This document shows, one piece after another, positions 59,446 to 64,000 of a DNA stretch of 64,000 nt. Location: the NCBI RefSeq assembly GCF_009914755.1, contig NC_060927.1, one strand, 5' to 3'. Position 1 is the stretch's first letter. Each line of letters starts with the position of its first letter. Under the pieces are notes generated by a model. That model saw nothing but the letters and a program-made list of their open reading frames with translations, was not told the DNA's origin and ran no database searches. Made by a program: the position numbers and the translations under genes. Source of the DNA: the human T2T-CHM13v2.0 reference genome, Homo sapiens.

Positions 59446-59977
59446 GCCTTTTGAATCCTTTCCTGTTGAGGAGCATCTGTCTTCCCCAGGTTTTCTGTGT
59501 GTTGCTAACATCTGATGAATTTCGAACATTAGGCGTCCTCAGGAATGTATACTGTATAATGTTTAATTTTCCCAGAACCTTTCTTTCTCTCCAACAAATA
59601 CTTCTTCCTAGATGACACGCAATGTAGAGGTCAGCTGAGGTACACAAACCCCACCTTATCCCTTGATTTTTCTTTAAACCACCTACCATTCTCAATTTTC
59701 ACCATCTGGGAAAATTTTCAAGTGCTCTGCTAAGATTTCTGAAAATGTTCATGGATTTAATTTTAAGTCTCCTTGGCCCCATGGATGATGTCTGTTTCAC
59801 CCTCATGTCGTCTCAGAATGCAAAGCTCAAACCCATTTCCAGTTCCCACAAGAAATCTCTTCACCCCAAGAATGTTGTATTCAAAGTTTGGAGGATTGCC
59901 TCACATGGTATTCAGCCTGCCTGCTACCAGCTCTATGGCCTCCCTTTTCTCTCCTTCCCTTCTGAATCCTATCCCCC

Positions 59978-62574
59978 TGATATGGTTTTGCTGTGTCTCC
60001 ATCCAAATCTCATCTTGAGTTGCAGTTCCCATAATTCCCACGTCATGGGATGGATCTGATGGGAGGTAATTGAATCATGGGGTGGTTACCCTTATGCTGT
60101 TCTCATGATAGAGAGTGAGTTCTCATGAGATCTAATAGGTTTATAAAGGGCTTTTCCCCCATTGGCTTGGCATTTCTTCTTCTTGCCATCATGTGAAGAA
60201 AGATGTGTTTGCTTCCCCTTCCACCATGATTATAAGTTTTCTGAGGCCTCCCCAGCCATGCAGAACTGTGAATCAATTAAACCTCTTTGCTTTATAAATT
60301 ATCATCTTGGGAATGTCCTTATAGCATTGTGAGAACAGACTAATATGGTAAACTGGTACTGCAGAGAGTGGGGTGCTGCTGTAAAGACACTAGAAAATGT
60401 GGAAGCTACGTTGGAACTGGGAAATAGGCAGAGGTTGGAACAGTCTGGAGGACTCAGAAGAAGGCAGGAAAGTGTGGGAAAATTTGGAATTTCCTAGAGA
60501 CTTGTGGAATGGCTTTGGCCAAAATGCTGATAGTGATATGGACAACGAAGTCCAGGCTGAGGTGGTTTCAGATGGAGATGAGGAACTTGCTGGGAACTGG
60601 AGCAAAGGTGACTCTTGCTATGCTTTAGCAAAAAGACTGGTGGCTTTTTGTCTGTTTCCTAGAGATCCGTGGAACTTTGAACTTGAGAGAGATGATTTAG
60701 GGCATCTGGCAGAAAAATATTTCTAAGTGGCAAAGCGTTCAAGAGAAAGCAGAGCATAAAAGTTTGAAAAATTTGCAGTCTAATGGTGAAATAGTAAAGA
60801 AAACCCATTTTCTGGGGAGAAATTCAGGCCAGCTGCAGAAGTTTGCATAAGTAATAAGGAGCCAAATGTTAATCACCAAGGCAATGGGGAAAATGTCTTC
60901 AGGGCATGTCAGAGACACTCGTGGCAGCCCCTCCCATCACAGGCCTGGAGGCTTAGGAGGGAAAAATGGTTTCCTGGGCTGGCCCAGGAGCCCCCTTCTT
61001 TGTGCAGCCTCGAGACATGGTGCCCTGCCTTCCAGCTGCTTCAGCTCCAGCCTTGGCTAAAAGAAGTCAATGTACAGCTCAGGCCATTGCTTCAGAGGAT
61101 GCGAGCCCCATACCTTGGCAGCTTCCATGTGGTGTTGGGCCTGCGGGTGTGCAGAAGACAAGAACTGAGGTTTGGGAACCTCCGCCAAGACTTCAGAGGA
61201 TGTATAGGAATGCCTGCATGTCTAGGCAGAAGTCTGCTGCAGGGTTGGAGCCCTCATGGAGAACCTCTGCTAGGGCAGTGCAGAAGGGAAATGTGGGGTT
61301 GGAGTCCCCACACAGAGTCCCCACTGGGCACTGCCTAGTGGAGCTGTGAGAAGAGGACCATCATCCTTCAGATCCCAGAATGGTAGATCCACTGATGGCT
61401 TGCACCATGCACCTGGAAAAGCTGCAGACACTCAACACCAGCCATGAAAGCAGCCAGAAGACAGGCTGTATCCTGCAAAGCTGCAGAGGCAGAGCTGCTC
61501 AAGACTGTAGGAGCCCACCTCTTGCATCAGTGTTACCTGGATGTGAGACACGGAGTCAAAGGAGATTATTTCAGAGCTTTAAGATTTGACTGCCCCACTG
61601 GATTTCAGACTTGCATGAGGCCAATATCCCCTTCATTTTGGCCAATTTCTGCCATTTGCTGTGGGTGCATTTACCCAATGCCTGTACCCCCATTGTATCC
61701 AGGAAGTAACAAACTTGTTTTTGATTTTAGAGGCTTTTAGGCAGAAGGGACTTGCCTTTTTCTCAGATGAGACTTTACTTGGACTTGGACTTTTGGGTTA
61801 ATGCTGGAATATGCTTAGACTTTGAATTATGTGCCTGTAGTCCCAGCTACTCAGGAGGCTGAGGCATAAGAGTTACTTGAACCTGGAGATGGAGGTTGCA
61901 ATCAGCTGAAATCACACCACTGCACTCCAGCCTGATGACAGAGGATATATAGGAATGCCTGCATGTCTAGGCAGAAGTCTGCTGCAGGGGTGGAGCCCTC
62001 ATGGAGAACCTCTGCTAGGGCAGTGCCAAAAAGAAATGTGGGGTTGCAGCCCCCATGCAGAGTCCCCACTGTCTCAAAAATTAAAATAATAAAAAAAAGA
62101 CTTTGGGGGACTGTTGGGAAGGCAAGATTGTGTTTTGAAATGTGAGGACATGCTATTTGGGAGGGGCCAGGAGTAGAATGATATGGTTTTGCTGTGTCAC
62201 CACCCAAATCTCATCTTGAATTGTAGTTCCCCCAAATCCCCATGTGTCATGGGAGGGACATTGTGGGAGGTAATTGAATCATGGGGGCATAAGAATCACG
62301 GGGGCAGTTACCCCTATACTGCTGTTCTCATGATAGTGAGTGAGTTCTCACAAGATCTAATGGTTTTATAAAGAGATTTTCCCCCTTTTGCTTGGCACTT
62401 CTCCTTCCTGCCATCATATGAAGAAGAATGTGTTTACTTCCCCTTCCACCATGATCGTAAGTTTCCTGAGGCTTCTCCAGCCATGTGGAACTGTTAGTTA
62501 ATTGAACCTCTTTCCTTTATAAATTACCCAGTCTCAGGCATGTCCTTATGGCAGCGTGAGAATGGGCTAATACA
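59978..62574 (+). mobile_element. Full-length THE1-type MaLR provirus: 5' LTR 59978-60347, internal 60348-62178, 3' LTR 62179-62574
   Basis: Two TGATATGGTTT...CTAATA(CA) LTRs flank the internal region beginning GTAAACTGGTAC; MaLR ORF remnant (GRGWNSLEDSEEGRKVWENLE...). Confidence 0.9.
61825..62097 (+). mobile_element. 5'-truncated Alu right arm in the THE1 internal region, carrying a 133-bp copy of THE1-internal sequence
   Basis: TSD AGACTTTG (61817-61824, 62098-62105); insert 61939-62071 duplicates 61194-61326. Confidence 0.85.
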
Positions 62575-62630
62575 ACCACAACCCCAGATTCTTCTCTTCA
62601 TTTATTCAGGTAATGTCTTCTTTTTGAAAG

Positions 62631-62820
62631 TCAGTAGTTCTCAAAATGTGGTTTCTGAATCTGCAACATTAGCACCACCCAGGAGTGTGTTAGAAATGCA
62701 AACTCTCAAGCTCTACCTCAGGTCTTCTGAGTGAGAAGCTCTGAAGGTGAACTGACCAGCACATCTGTGTTTTAGCAACCCCAGGGTTTCTGCTGCATGC
62801 TAAAGTTTAAGGACTTCTGC
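62631..62820. mobile_element. MER5A-like hAT MITE
   Basis: CAGTAGTTCTCAAAATGTGG ... gttagaaatgcaaa ... CTAAAGTTTAAGGACTTCTG. Confidence 0.7.
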
Positions 62821-64000
62821 ACCCAAACACAAGGTTTACAGTCTTCCCCATGTTTGCCTCTGAAGTAATTTTACAAAGACACGTTTCCCCCAAAAAGGAA
62901 TCTTTGCACCAGCTACTAAGAGAATAAATATATCCCTATCTTACTCTATTCCAAATCCGTGGTGGTTCCCCCTTCTCTTATAGTAACCAGAAAACCTGCT
63001 AGATAAATTCTAAAAGAGCTGTAACATTTTATTATAATACATTTGCTTCTTGCTTTTCTGACTCTTTCTCTCTGATCAGACACCTTCCTTGTTGCTGACC
63101 ACAGAGGTGGAACCAGGGACCTGACCATCCCCTTGACCACATCCTGTCTGCTGAGTTGCTGAGCCACTCTTGAGTGACCTGGCTGGGTCATGCCTCTGGG
63201 TATCTAATAGACAGGGGATCTAATAGGACAGTTAGGTCTACACACATGTAAGAGCATTCGAGGGTAAGATGTGCATGGACTTGACTAGCAAACATTAAGG
63301 TAGTTGGAAAGTTAATATAAATTAAAGGAACTCCCATTACACCAACAGGTATCAGCTTAAAGTTTTTGCATTACCTCAGATAAGCAGAAGAGACACGGGA
63401 AAGGAAGAAGCATGGCAGCAACCAAAACCCTAACTCCCATGCTGCCCTGGAAGGTCATGAGTAAATCTTCCCAAGAAGCAGGGAATACTATCAGACCAGG
63501 TCATGAATAAATTTTCCCAGGATGTAGGGGATATTCCTTCCACCAGAGACTGCTACTCTTTCTCAAGAATGGAAAGAGACCTGGAACTTCACTGGGCTGA
63601 GAACCTCTTGGAAGCACAACTGATTCTTTATGGGATCTGAATTTGCCTTCCTGCTCCTACCTCTCAATCTCTCTTCCATCCTAGAAGTCTTGATTATCTT
63701 TGGTCATTGCCATCTCTGCTCATCTCTCCTCTTATGCACTCTCAATCCCCTATTTCTCTATTTTTTATTTTCCTCACCCAGTGTTCTACCATTCCACTCT
63801 CTCCTAAACTTTCCTTTCAACTGTGACCTTTGGAAAGGTTTCCCAGGCAAACAAACTCCCCCATACACTTCACCTTTTCACTACAAGTTTATTCTGCCTC
63901 CAGAAAGCTGGCTTTGCCCTGAGGAATCATGTCTCCTGCAGCTCTTTCCAAGAATGCTGCTTTCTTCCACACCCAGATTCTTGAATAACCCAATCTCACC

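Noticed and set aside
59973-62579. TSD for the THE1 provirus
   Set aside because: Flanks CCCCC and ACCAC match only 3 of 5; not claimed.

Overview
Primate (apparently human) genomic DNA, recognisable as the SMC4/TRIM59 locus (3q25.33). The + strand carries the last 19 coding exons of condensin subunit SMC4 (2532-24423). I traced all splice junctions by hand: they are GT-AG, phase-consistent and total 3180 nt (1059 aa + stop), running from just after the Q-loop through the hinge to the LSGG/Walker B head. The convergent - strand gene TRIM59 has a single coding exon (CDS 28586-29797: RING, B-box, coiled coil, TM), two likely non-coding 5' exons and a CpG-island promoter at about 40.0-41.1 kb. 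A disabled processed pseudogene of B3GAT3 follows (42981-44445). The remainder is repeat-rich: about 35 Alus, old L1s, a Tigger2 > MER1 > MER52 nest, and a full THE1 MaLR provirus. I found no evidence of a wholly new biological system. The most interesting signals are fine-scale: a fossilised cryptic-splice isoform in the B3GAT3 retrocopy, an exonic donor that would remove TRIM59's membrane anchor, two templated-insertion scars, a tailless Alu, a 7SK 5' fragment and several splice-regulatory configurations in SMC4. Gene and repeat family names come from recalled sequences, not database searches; repeat boundaries are approximate unless target-site duplications (TSDs) are given.
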